The notes under the pieces were generated by a model. That model ran no database searches. It was given only the letters and a program-made list of their open reading frames with translations, and had not been told where the DNA came from. DNA of 64,000 nucleotides from an uncultured Candidatus Rokubacteria bacterium (GTDB taxonomy: Bacteria; Methylomirabilota; Methylomirabilia; Rokubacteriales; DASRDR01). Position numbers and translations under genes: made by a program. Each line of letters begins with the position of its first letter. Within the stretch, counting starts at the first letter, position 1. Below are positions 45,974 to 55,211 of this stretch, piece after piece. The stretch lies in contig CAWEXD010000008.1 of NCBI GenBank assembly GCA_963812945.1, forward strand, positions 945,107-1,009,106, in the 5' to 3' direction.

Positions 45974-46861
45974 TCACTGGGAACGCGGGTCGAGGACGTC
46001 GCGGAGGCCGTCGCCGAGCAGGTTGAAGGCGAGCACCGCCGCCACGATGGCGAGGCCGGGGAAGACCGAGATCCAGGGGGCCGTCTCGAGGTAGGTGCGG
46101 CCCTCGTTGAGCATGTTGCCCCAGGACGGCGTCGGGGGCTGGGCCGAGAGCCCGAGGTAACTCAGCGAGGCCTCGATCAGGATTGCCTGCGAGAACGCCA
46201 CCGTGCCCTGGACGACGAAGGGCGAGAGCACGTTCGGCAGCACGTGGCGGAGCGCGACCTTCGCGCGGCCGGCCCCGAGCGCGCGCACCGCCTCGACGTA
46301 CTCCTTCTCCCGCTCCGCGAGAACGGGGCCTCGCATCACACGGGCGAAGATCGGCGTGTAGACGATGGCGATGGCGATCACCGCGCTGTTGACGCCGGGC
46401 CCTCGCATCGCGGCGATGCCGACCGAGAGCAAGAGGCCGGGGACGCTGAAGAACACGTCCATCACGCGGCTGACCAGGTTGTCCCAGCGCCCGCCCAGGT
46501 AGCCGGCGGTGAGCCCGAGCGCGCCGCCGATCAGCATGGCCGAGCCGATGGAAACCGAGGCGACGTAGAGGGAGATGCGCGACCCGTGGATCACCCGGCT
46601 CAGCACGTCGCGACCCAGGCGGTCGGTGCCGAGCCACGCCTGGCGGCCCGGCGGTGTCTCCAGGAGGTCGAAGTTCTGCTCGTCGGGCTCCACGGGCGCG
46701 ATGAGGCCGGCGAGGACGGCGACCAGGACGATCAGGACGGCGACGACCAGACCGCCGAGGACGACCGAGCTCCGGAGGGCACGCCGGATCCGCCGGCCGA
46801 GGCGCGGCGCTTCACGCCGCGTACCGGGAGCCACGAGCACCGCTTCGCGTGTGAGCTCCAA
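45974..46861 (-). CDS. peptide/nickel-type ABC transporter permease (DppC/OppC-like)
   Basis: 295-aa ORF; polytopic; C-terminal [13 protein letters not shown]. Confidence 0.8.
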   Translation of the reverse strand: MELTREAVLVAPGTRREAPRLGRRIRRALRSSVVLGGLVVAVLIVLVAVLAGLIAPVEPDEQNFDLLETPPGRQAWLGTDRLGRDVLSRVIHGSRISLYVASVSIGSAMLIGGALGLTAGYLGGRWDNLVSRVMDVFFSVPGLLLSVGIAAMRGPGVNSAVIAIAIVYTPIFARVMRGPVLAEREKEYVEAVRALGAGRAKVALRHVLPNVLSPFVVQGTVAFSQAILIEASLSYLGLSAQPPTPSWGNMLNEGRTYLETAPWISVFPGLAIVAAVLAFNLLGDGLRDVLDPRSQ

Positions 46862-46898
46862 CGTCGCGATGCTAGGCGGGCCCGTCGGGGGCTGTCAA

Positions 46899-46931
46899 GC
46901 CCGGCGCGACGCACCGAGGCCCGCGCCGGGC
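46899..46931. repeat. GC-rich inverted repeat, 10-bp arms (GCCCGGCGCG ... CGCGCCGGGC) with 13-nt spacer
   Basis: Read directly in the divergent intergenic region between 45974-46861 (minus) and 46939-47928 (plus). Confidence 0.3.
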
Positions 46932-46938
46932 TCGCGGA

Positions 46939-47928
46939 GTGGCCGGCGCGGTGTGGCTCGCGTACCATGGCAACGTGCTTGCGCGACCGCCGTTGCCGCC
47001 TGGGGCCGCTGAGCACGCTTCCCGCTCCCTGACCGATCCGCCGGGCCGCCCTCCGATCGCGCTCACGTGGGCGGACGGCTGGGCATTGCTCGCCGTCTTC
47101 GTCTGGGGGGTGAGCTTTCCCGTCCTGAAGGGCATCATGACCGTGCTGCATCCGCTCGCGCTGATGCTCCTCCAGGGCCTGATCTCGCTGGCCGTGCTCG
47201 CGGTGGCGCTCCGGTGCACGGGCGGATGGCGCGCGCCGGCCCGAGAGGACCTGCCGAGGCTCCTGGCCACGGGGCTCATCGGCTACACGCTGAACCAGAT
47301 CCTGTACTCGTGGGGGCTCCATCTCACGACGGCGTCCCATTCGGGGCTCATCTTCACGGTGACGCCGCTCTTCGTGTTCGGCGCGAGCCAGGCGCTCGGC
47401 CACGTGCGCCTGGGCCGCCGCGATGCGCTGGGACTGGCCCTGGGCGTGGGTGGAGCCATGCTGATCATCGGCTGGCCGGCCAGTGGCGCGGCGGGCGAGG
47501 CGACCGTGCTCGGCGACCTGCTCACCCTCGGGGCTGCCATCACCTGGGGCGTGTGGACGATCCTCTCCGGCCCCATCCTCCAGCGACGCGGCGCGCTCGC
47601 CGGCACGTTCTGGATCATGCTGACGGGGACGCTCGGGCTCGTGCCCTTCGCCCTCCCGGGCCTCGTGGCCCAGGACTGGGCGCTGCCGTGGTGGACGTAC
47701 GCCGGCATCCTCTACGCCGGCGTGGTCAGCGGGGCGCTCGGGGGCCTCCTCTGGTTCGCGGCCGTGCGGCGCCTCGGCGCCGCGCGCACGGCGATCTATG
47801 CCAACATGGAGGCGTTCTTCGCCGTGCTGGCGGCCTCGCTCCTGCTCGGAGAGCGGGTCGCAGTGATCTCCCTGGTGGGCGGGGTGGTCGTGGTGGCGGG
47901 CGTGCTGCTCACGCGCCGGGGGGCCTAG
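46939..47928 (+). CDS. EamA family transporter (DMT superfamily)
   Basis: 329-aa ORF, GTG start; about 10 hydrophobic segments; start position uncertain. Confidence 0.6.
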   Translation: MAGAVWLAYHGNVLARPPLPPGAAEHASRSLTDPPGRPPIALTWADGWALLAVFVWGVSFPVLKGIMTVLHPLALMLLQGLISLAVLAVALRCTGGWRAPAREDLPRLLATGLIGYTLNQILYSWGLHLTTASHSGLIFTVTPLFVFGASQALGHVRLGRRDALGLALGVGGAMLIIGWPASGAAGEATVLGDLLTLGAAITWGVWTILSGPILQRRGALAGTFWIMLTGTLGLVPFALPGLVAQDWALPWWTYAGILYAGVVSGALGGLLWFAAVRRLGAARTAIYANMEAFFAVLAASLLLGERVAVISLVGGVVVVAGVLLTRRGA

Positions 47929-47961
47929 CGGACCGAGCGCCTGCCGCGTCGGCGCGGCACG

Positions 47962-48945
47962 ATGTCCGGGATCAAGAGCGGCCAGCTGGTGGGGGGAGCG
48001 ATGGCGTCCATCATGACGGTGACCGGGCCGGTGGCGGCCCGGGACCTCGGCTTCACGCTCATGCACGAGCACATCTTCCTGGATCTCACGCGAGACGTTC
48101 TCGGCCGGAACAGCCTGCTGAACGACCCCGAGCTCGCGTACCGCGAGCTGGCCCTGTACAAGAAGGCCGGCGGCGTGACGCTGGTGGACCAGACGACGGG
48201 TGGCCTCCGGGGCCACGACCACGACATCACGCCCACGAAGCACGCGCTCGCGATCCGGGAGATGGCGCAGCGGGTGGGTCTCCAGATCGTCCTCGGGGCG
48301 GGCTGGTACCGCGAGCCGTACTACGAGCGGCGGCTGTGGCGGGCCAAGACGGACCAGATCGCGGAGGAGCTCGAGCGCGACGTCACCCGCGGGATCGACG
48401 GCACCGACGTCCGGGCGGGTTTGCTCGGCGAGATCGGCTCCCACTTCACGTGGATCTCTCCCGTCGAGGAGCGGGTGTTCCGCGCCGTCGCCCGCGCGCA
48501 CCGGCGCACCGGCGTGTCGATCGCCACGCACGCGCTCAACTCGCCCGTCGGGCTCGATCAGCTCGACATCCTGCAGGAGGAGGGCGTGGATCCGCGGCGG
48601 GTCATCGTCGGCCACGCCCACTCGTACCCGGTCCACGAGTACCACGTGGCGCTGGCGCGGCGGGGCGCCTACCTGTCGTTCGACCGGATGGGGTACCCGC
48701 AGCCCTACGAGCACGAGCGGATGCTCCAGGGCATCAAGGAGCTGGTGGAGGCGGGGCTGGTCGGGCACCTCGTGCTGTCGCAGGACGTGTGCTGGCGGAC
48801 GGACTACGTCGCGTACGGGGGCCGCGGCTACGCGTTCGTGGCCGGCGGGCTCCGCGAGGAGCTGCGGAGCCTCGGCATCGGCGACGAGCTCTACGATCGG
48901 ATGACGGTCGACAACCCGCGGCGCGCGCTGTCCGGCGAGCCGTGA
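47962..48945 (+). CDS. phosphotriesterase-related protein (PTE family, amidohydrolase superfamily)
   Basis: 327-aa ORF; metal-binding motif GFTLMHEHIFLD, then IATHA and GHAHS. Confidence 0.75.
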   Translation: MSGIKSGQLVGGAMASIMTVTGPVAARDLGFTLMHEHIFLDLTRDVLGRNSLLNDPELAYRELALYKKAGGVTLVDQTTGGLRGHDHDITPTKHALAIREMAQRVGLQIVLGAGWYREPYYERRLWRAKTDQIAEELERDVTRGIDGTDVRAGLLGEIGSHFTWISPVEERVFRAVARAHRRTGVSIATHALNSPVGLDQLDILQEEGVDPRRVIVGHAHSYPVHEYHVALARRGAYLSFDRMGYPQPYEHERMLQGIKELVEAGLVGHLVLSQDVCWRTDYVAYGGRGYAFVAGGLREELRSLGIGDELYDRMTVDNPRRALSGEP

Positions 48946-48956
48946 CGGCGGCCCCG

Positions 48957-49778
48957 ATGTCTGGCGCAGGAGGATCCGGCGAGCACCTGCGGGCACACCG
49001 GGCGTTCCTCGACACCGCGGAGGGCCAGATCCACTACGTGACGGCCGGGACCGGCGCGCCGGTGCTCCTGCTGCACCAGACGCCACGCTCGTGGGACGAG
49101 TACCGCGACGTCATCCCGATTCTCGCGCGCGAGCGGCGGGTGATCGCGATGGATACGATCGGCTATGGGGACTCCTACAAGCCGGCGCGGCGGTGCGACA
49201 TCGAGGACTACGCGCGCGGGGCGATCGCGCTGCTGGACGGGCTCGGCGTCCGGTCGACCGCGGTGATCGGCCACCACACCGGCGCCGTCATCGCCATGGA
49301 GCTCGCGGCGTCGTACCCTGATCGGGTCGAGCGCCTGGTCCTCTCCGCGAGCCCTTTCGTCGACGCGAGCGACCGGGAGCGACGGCGGACGGGGGGCCAT
49401 CGAGTCGACCACGTCGAGGCGAAGCCGGACGGCACGCACCTCGCCGAGCTCTGGCAGGGGCGACAGCGCTTCTATCCGAAGGACCGGCCCGACCTCCTGG
49501 CCCGCTTCGTGGCCGACGCCCTCCGCGCCGGAGAGAAGCTGGTCGAGGGCCACGGGGCCTGCAGCCGGTACCGCATGGAAGAGAAGATCGACCGGGTCCG
49601 CTGCCCGACGCTCGTGACGTGCGGGACGGAGGATCCGTTCTCGTTCCCCAAGGCCGCGCTGGTCGCGGGACGAATCCCGGGTAGCCGGCTCGCGCCGATT
49701 CCCGGCGGCACCGTCGCGGTCGTCGACGAGATGCCGGAGGCCTTCGCCCGTCTCGTGCTCGAGTTTCTGCGACCGTAG
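48957..49778 (+). CDS. alpha/beta hydrolase fold protein
   Basis: In-frame segment of ORF 47067-49778; ATG 48957 (alternative GTG 48942 overlapping upstream stop); VLLLHQTPRS, nucleophile-elbow-like GHHTG. Confidence 0.6.
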   Translation: MSGAGGSGEHLRAHRAFLDTAEGQIHYVTAGTGAPVLLLHQTPRSWDEYRDVIPILARERRVIAMDTIGYGDSYKPARRCDIEDYARGAIALLDGLGVRSTAVIGHHTGAVIAMELAASYPDRVERLVLSASPFVDASDRERRRTGGHRVDHVEAKPDGTHLAELWQGRQRFYPKDRPDLLARFVADALRAGEKLVEGHGACSRYRMEEKIDRVRCPTLVTCGTEDPFSFPKAALVAGRIPGSRLAPIPGGTVAVVDEMPEAFARLVLEFLRP

Positions 49779-49781
49779 CGA

Positions 49782-52112
49782 TCAGGCGCGGCGGTGGCGC
49801 GCGGCCTCGAGGAGGGCGAAGAGGCGCGCGGACGTGACCGGCACCTCGCGGATCGTGACGCCGAGGTCGGCGACGGCATCCTCGACCGCGTTGGCGATCG
49901 CCGCCGCACCCGGGATTGCGCCGCTCTCCCCGACGCCCTTGATGCCGAGCTCGTTCACCACCGAGGGGTGGTCGAGCAGGGCCACCGGGACCGGCGGCAG
50001 CTGGTCGGCCTTGGGAAGCCCGTAGTCCATCAGGCTCCCGGTCACGAGCTGCCCCGAGCCGTCGTAGACGAGATCTTCCCAGAGCCCGGCGCCGATGCCT
50101 TGCGCCGCGCCGCCCTGGAGCTGACCCTCGACGATGGCGGGGTTGATCGCGCGCCCGCTGTCGTGCGCCACGGCGTAGGCGAGGAGCCGGATCTCGCACG
50201 TCTCCAGGTCGACCTCCACGGCCGCCGCCTGGGCGCCGAACGCCCACGTGACGGTGTCCGGATAGAAGTAGGTGCAGCGCTGGAGGCCGGGCTCGCCGGT
50301 CTTGCGAAGGGCCTTCGACCGGATCGCGGCGTGAGCCACACGGCCCAGGGAGAGCGCCCGTCCCGGGACCCCGGCGACGAAGACGCGACCCGCCTCGATC
50401 CGCACGTCCTCGGGCGCGCACTCGAGGAGCTCCGCGGCGACCTCCTGGGCGCGCGCCCGCACCTCGCGCGCGGTGCGGGCAACGGCGGGCCCGGTGTTGG
50501 CGGCGACCCGGCTGCCGCCCGTGCCCATGCCGATCGGGAACCGGTCCGTGTCGCCGGCCACGATGACGACGTCCTCGAGCGGGACCCCGAGCTCGGCGGC
50601 GCAGATCTGGGCAAGGGTCGTCCGGTGCCCCTGGCCCTGAGCGGCGACCCCGACGGTGACGTAGACGGTGCCGCTCGGGTCGACGCGGACCTCGGCGCCC
50701 TCGTAGGGGCCGAGCCCGGAGCCCTGCGCGTAGCAGGCCACGCCCACCCCGATGCGCCGCATGGTCCGCGCCTGTGCCGCCTGGCGCGCGCGGTACTCGG
50801 AGAAGCGGACGAGCTCGAGCGCGCGCTCGAACGCGGCCGGGAAGTCACCCGGGTCGTACGCGATGGGCACGCCGTCCTTGTAGGTGAGGCCGGACCGGTA
50901 CGGCATCTCGCCGGGCCGCACGAGATTGCGCCGCCGGAGGTCCACCGGATCGAGGCCGAGCCGCCGGGCGCCGATGTCGAGCAGGCGCTCCATCACGAAC
51001 GCTGCCTCCGGGCGCCCCGCGCCCCGGTACGCCGCGTTCTGGGTCTTGTTGGTCACGTAGCTCGTGCCCACGTTCCGGTAGTGCGGCACCCGATAGGGGC
51101 CGGGCAGGTGGTTCACGGTGTTGAGCGTGAGCCCGGTTCCCTCGACGGGATAGGCGCCGACGTCCGCCTGGAAGGCGTCGTCGAGGGCGACGATGGTGCC
51201 GTCCCGCCGGAAGCCGATCCGGGCCGCGTGGACCTGCTCGCGGTCGTGTCCCGTGGCGACGAAGTGCTCGCGCCGCCCCTCGACCCACTTCACCGGCCGT
51301 CCGAGGCGACGGGCGACGGCGGGGACCAGGATCTCCTCGTGGTAGACGGAGCCCTTCGGGCCGAAGCCACCGCCCACGTCGGGCGCGAGGACGCGGACCT
51401 CCTCGGCCGAGAGCCCGAGCGCCACGGCGACGGCGTCCCGGACCAGGTAGGGATTCTGGGTCGACGACCAGACCACCAGCGACCCCGACTCCGGATCCGG
51501 GTAGGCGAAGACCCCGCGTGGCTCGATCGGCACGGCGGTGATCCGCGGGTGGCGAAGACGCTCCTCCACGACGAGGTCGGCCGACGCGAGCGCGGACTCG
51601 ACCTCCCCGGTCGACCCCCGGGCCACGACGGCGGCGTTGTCGGGCCAGTCCGCGTGGACCCGATCGTCCCCCCGGGCAGCAGCGTCGAGCGTGGTCACGG
51701 GCGGCAGCGGCGCGTAGTCGACGGTGACCGCGTCCATGGCGTCCGCGAGGCGGTACGGGTCGTCCGCCACGACGACGGCGACCGGCTCGCCGACATAGCG
51801 GACCACTCCACGGGCGAGCACGGCCTGGACGTACGGCCGCGTGTTCGGCGTCCCCCCGAACGGGGCCGGGATGCCCTCCGCCACTTCCGGGAGGTCGCGC
51901 GCGGTGAACACGCTGACACCCGGCAGCGCCCGCGCGGCATCCGCGGCGATCCCGGTGACGCGGGCGTGCGCGTGCGGGCTCCGGACCACGCCGAGGTGCG
52001 CTGCGCCCGGCCGGCGGAGGTCGTCGAGAAAGCGGCCACGGCCCGCGAGAAGCGGCGCGTCTTCCTTGCGGCGGGGCGACGCCCCGATCGGGCTGGGCGG
52101 AGTCGGTGGCAT
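49782..52112 (-). CDS. xanthine dehydrogenase family molybdopterin-binding subunit (CoxL/aldehyde oxidoreductase-like)
   Basis: 776-aa ORF; N-terminal RRKEDAPLLAGRGRFLDD, VGGGFGPKG; no adjacent FAD or 2Fe-2S subunit genes. Confidence 0.8.
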   Translation of the reverse strand: MPPTPPSPIGASPRRKEDAPLLAGRGRFLDDLRRPGAAHLGVVRSPHAHARVTGIAADAARALPGVSVFTARDLPEVAEGIPAPFGGTPNTRPYVQAVLARGVVRYVGEPVAVVVADDPYRLADAMDAVTVDYAPLPPVTTLDAAARGDDRVHADWPDNAAVVARGSTGEVESALASADLVVEERLRHPRITAVPIEPRGVFAYPDPESGSLVVWSSTQNPYLVRDAVAVALGLSAEEVRVLAPDVGGGFGPKGSVYHEEILVPAVARRLGRPVKWVEGRREHFVATGHDREQVHAARIGFRRDGTIVALDDAFQADVGAYPVEGTGLTLNTVNHLPGPYRVPHYRNVGTSYVTNKTQNAAYRGAGRPEAAFVMERLLDIGARRLGLDPVDLRRRNLVRPGEMPYRSGLTYKDGVPIAYDPGDFPAAFERALELVRFSEYRARQAAQARTMRRIGVGVACYAQGSGLGPYEGAEVRVDPSGTVYVTVGVAAQGQGHRTTLAQICAAELGVPLEDVVIVAGDTDRFPIGMGTGGSRVAANTGPAVARTAREVRARAQEVAAELLECAPEDVRIEAGRVFVAGVPGRALSLGRVAHAAIRSKALRKTGEPGLQRCTYFYPDTVTWAFGAQAAAVEVDLETCEIRLLAYAVAHDSGRAINPAIVEGQLQGGAAQGIGAGLWEDLVYDGSGQLVTGSLMDYGLPKADQLPPVPVALLDHPSVVNELGIKGVGESGAIPGAAAIANAVEDAVADLGVTIREVPVTSARLFALLEAARHRRA

Positions 52113-52119
52113 CCGGCGG

Positions 52120-53082
52120 TTAGGGGAGATAGCGCTTGGGCAGCTCGGCGCCGGCGACGTAGCTCAGCTTGCCCACACGGCACATCTGATACACGTTGAT
52201 CCGGAAGTCCGGGCAGGTGCTGACCAGGCAGTAGGCGTCGGTCGGCGTGAAGCCGTGGTCGGTCACGAGCCAGTCGATGAGGTTCAGCGTGGCCGTCTCG
52301 ACGGCGACCTCCAGCGGGCGGTAGGCGTAGACCGAGACGATCGACGCCGGCTTGTCGATCCGCATCCAGGGGACGGGCCGCCCCTTGACGAGGTCGAGGT
52401 GGAGCCGCACGGTCGACTGCGTCTCGGCGGCCGTCCCGGTGAACTCGGTGTCGCCCTGGCTGGCGTGGACGTCGCCCAGGTAGAGCCGCGCGCCGGCGTG
52501 GAAGACGGGCAAGTGGATCCGGTGACCCGGGGCGACGTCGCGGATGTCGAGGTTCCCGCCCCACTCGCCCTGGCCGTCGAGGCTGGTCGTCACCTCGCGG
52601 TCCGGCGCCACGCCGATCGTGCCGATGAACGGCGTGATGGGCCAGCTGATCCGGTCGCTGAAGTGGAGCGTGCCGTCGCGGGTCGTCCCGCTCGGCCCGG
52701 GCGTGTGGCGGAAGATCTTGGTGGTGTAGCGCCCGGAGAGCTCGGGGTAGCGGGCGGACTCGCCGAGCGGGCCACGCCGGGGACCGACCGCGATCCACGA
52801 GTGGTCTTCGACCCGGATGTCCTCGATCGAGACGACCAGCGTGTCGCCCCGCTCGGCGCCTTCCAGCCATACGGGGCCGCCGATCGGGTTCGCGAGGGGC
52901 GGCACGCGGTCGAACCCGGGCCGCCGCGCGGGGACCGCGAGGTCCTCCGGCGTCCGGAAATAGCCCGTGCTGGCGTCATAGGTCTCGATCTCGAAGCTCT
53001 CGCCGGGCTTTACCCGGAGGAGCGGCTCGTCCCGCCAGTCGAAGGCGTACTTCCGGGCCAGCTCGCGCGTGATCCGCTGCAC
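52120..53082 (-). CDS. acetamidase/formamidase family protein
   Basis: 320-aa ORF; FmdA/AmdA-like length and motifs. Confidence 0.65.
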   Translation of the reverse strand: MQRITRELARKYAFDWRDEPLLRVKPGESFEIETYDASTGYFRTPEDLAVPARRPGFDRVPPLANPIGGPVWLEGAERGDTLVVSIEDIRVEDHSWIAVGPRRGPLGESARYPELSGRYTTKIFRHTPGPSGTTRDGTLHFSDRISWPITPFIGTIGVAPDREVTTSLDGQGEWGGNLDIRDVAPGHRIHLPVFHAGARLYLGDVHASQGDTEFTGTAAETQSTVRLHLDLVKGRPVPWMRIDKPASIVSVYAYRPLEVAVETATLNLIDWLVTDHGFTPTDAYCLVSTCPDFRINVYQMCRVGKLSYVAGAELPKRYLP

Positions 53083-53159
53083 GGTTTCGATGTCCCCCTA
53101 GCTCGGGATCAGGATGGCGCGGGGCTCATGGCTGGTTTTGCGCCGGGCGACGGGTGACC

Positions 53160-54356
53160 TCATCCCGGCCGTCGGCGCCGGGCGGCGCGACCGCGGCGGG
53201 ACAGGCGGGTGGCTACGGACTCGGCCTCGCGCATGACCCGGAGGATGTTGCCTCGCGAGAGCTTCGCGAGGTCGCGGTCCGACCACCCGCGCCGAACGAG
53301 CTCCGCGAAGAGCAGGGGATAGGTCGACACGTCCTCCATCCCGACCGGCCACTCGTCGTTGCCGTCGTAGTCGCCGCCGGTGCCGACGTGGTCGACCCCG
53401 GCGAGGCGACGGGCGTGCTCGACGTGGTCGGCGACGTCGCCGACGGTCGCCTTCGGGAGCCGCTGCCGTCGGACATGGTCCCGCTCGAGACGGTAGCGCT
53501 CCCGCTGGTCCGTGACGCCGTCGAGCCGCGGTCTGATCTCGGCGACCGCCCGGGCTCGGGCCTCGGCTGCCGCTTGCGAGACGAACGGGCCGACGAACGT
53601 GATCATGATGACGCCGCCGTTCCGGGGCAGGCGGCGGAGAACCGCGTCGGGGAAGTTGCGGGTCACGTCGGTGAGCGCGCGGCAGGACGAGTGGGACGAG
53701 ATGAGCGGCGCCACGGCGACGTCGAGGGCATGGCCCATCGTCTCGGGCGAGGCGTGGGCGAGGTCGACCAGCATGCCGAGCCGGTTCATCTCGCGGACGA
53801 CCTCTTTCCCGAAGGCCGTGAGCCCGCCGTGGCGGCGGACGTCGTTGCAGGAGTCCGCCCAGTCGAGCGTCACGTTGTGCGTGAGCGTCATGTACCGGAC
53901 CCCGAGGTCGTAGTAGGCGCGGAGCGCGCCCAGCGATCCCTCGATGGCGTGGCCGCCCTCGATGCCGAGGAGCGACGCGATGCGCCCCCGCCGCCGGGCC
54001 TGCTCCACGTCGGCGGCCGTGAGGGCCGGCGCGAGGCGTTCGGGGTAGCGTGCGATCACGCGGCGGGCGAGGTCGATCTGCTCGAGCTGGGCGCGGGCGA
54101 AGCGGCCTCCGGGGAGATCGCCCGGGATGTACACCGACCAGAACTGGCCGCCGACGCCGCCGGCCCGGAGGCGCGCGAGATCGGTGTCGCCCGGGGTGGG
54201 CCGGCGAAGGTCGTACGCCGCCGGGTCGCCTCGCGCTTTCCGATCGTTCCGGATGGTCCAGGCGAGATCGTTGTGCCCGTCGATGACCGGGTGCCGGGCG
54301 AGGAGCCGGCGCGCGTGGCGGAGGGCAGCGGCGTCGATCGGGGAGGTGGCGGGCAC
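53160..54356 (-). CDS. membrane dipeptidase (peptidase M19 family)
   Basis: 398-aa ORF; VIDGHNDLAW, MTLTHNV, DLAHAS. Confidence 0.75.
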   Translation of the reverse strand: MPATSPIDAAALRHARRLLARHPVIDGHNDLAWTIRNDRKARGDPAAYDLRRPTPGDTDLARLRAGGVGGQFWSVYIPGDLPGGRFARAQLEQIDLARRVIARYPERLAPALTAADVEQARRRGRIASLLGIEGGHAIEGSLGALRAYYDLGVRYMTLTHNVTLDWADSCNDVRRHGGLTAFGKEVVREMNRLGMLVDLAHASPETMGHALDVAVAPLISSHSSCRALTDVTRNFPDAVLRRLPRNGGVIMITFVGPFVSQAAAEARARAVAEIRPRLDGVTDQRERYRLERDHVRRQRLPKATVGDVADHVEHARRLAGVDHVGTGGDYDGNDEWPVGMEDVSTYPLLFAELVRRGWSDRDLAKLSRGNILRVMREAESVATRLSRRGRAARRRRPG

Positions 54357-54366
54357 GACGGTCAGA

Positions 54367-55155
54367 CTACCAGACGCTCCATCCGCCGTCGACCACGAGG
54401 TTGTGGCCGGTGATCCACGCGCCCGCGTCGGAGGCGAGGAGCGCGATCGCGCCCTTCAGGTCTTCCGGCACGCCGGTGCGGGCGAGCGGGTTCGCGAGGC
54501 GGCAGCGCTCCACGAAGCCTGGGTCCGTCCCCGGCTGAGGGATCTGGCCGGGCGACAGGCAGTTGACCGTGATCCCGTGCTCGGCCAGCTCCGTCGCGAG
54601 CGCGCGGGTCAGGTTGACGACGGCGCCCTTCGCGGCCTGGTAGGGCGGGCCCGATCGCTGGTAGTCGAGACCGGCGTAGAGGCGCTTGTCCGCGCCCAGC
54701 GTGCCGTGGATCGAGCCGAGGGTGATGATGCGGCCGCCGCGGCGGGGGATCATGACGCGCGCCGCGGCCTGCGCGCACACGTAGGTCCCGGTGACGTTCA
54801 GGTCGAGCGTCCGCCGGAGGTCGTCGATCGAGGCGTCGGGCAGGTTCGTCGTGGTGAACGCGCCGCCGGCGTTGCACACCATGACGTCGAGCCGGCCCCT
54901 CTCGGCGATCACCCGGTTGACGAGCGCGTCCACCTGCGGCTTCACGACGACGTCGCAGCCGAGGCCCACCGCGTCGAGGCCCGCCCCGCGGAGCTCCGCG
55001 GCGACGCGCTCGCAGCGCGCCTCGTCCCGGCTGGCGAGGTAGACCGCCGCGCCGAGCTCCGCGAGCGACTCCGCCATCGAGCGGCCGAGATGCGTCGCGC
55101 CGCCGGTCACGACCGCGACGCGGCCCGTGAGGTTGAAGAGCGACTGGATTCGCAT
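54367..55155 (-). CDS. SDR family oxidoreductase
   Basis: ORF 54367-55167 (start 55155 or 55167); VAVVTGGATHLG, NAGG, catalytic Y..AAK. Confidence 0.75.
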   Translation of the reverse strand: MRIQSLFNLTGRVAVVTGGATHLGRSMAESLAELGAAVYLASRDEARCERVAAELRGAGLDAVGLGCDVVVKPQVDALVNRVIAERGRLDVMVCNAGGAFTTTNLPDASIDDLRRTLDLNVTGTYVCAQAAARVMIPRRGGRIITLGSIHGTLGADKRLYAGLDYQRSGPPYQAAKGAVVNLTRALATELAEHGITVNCLSPGQIPQPGTDPGFVERCRLANPLARTGVPEDLKGAIALLASDAGAWITGHNLVVDGGWSVW

Positions 55156-55211
55156 GATGGCGACCATTCAAGCATGGGGGCGGGGCCGGCGGAAGGCAGG
55201 CCTCTCATGCG

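Noticed and set aside
43026-46094. 1022-aa plus-strand ORF
   Set aside because: Antisense to the peptide SBP and permease genes; highly charged low-complexity translation; artefact of stop-codon scarcity.
49794-52199. 801-aa plus-strand ORF
   Set aside because: Antisense to the CoxL-like gene, which has clear family features; low-complexity translation.
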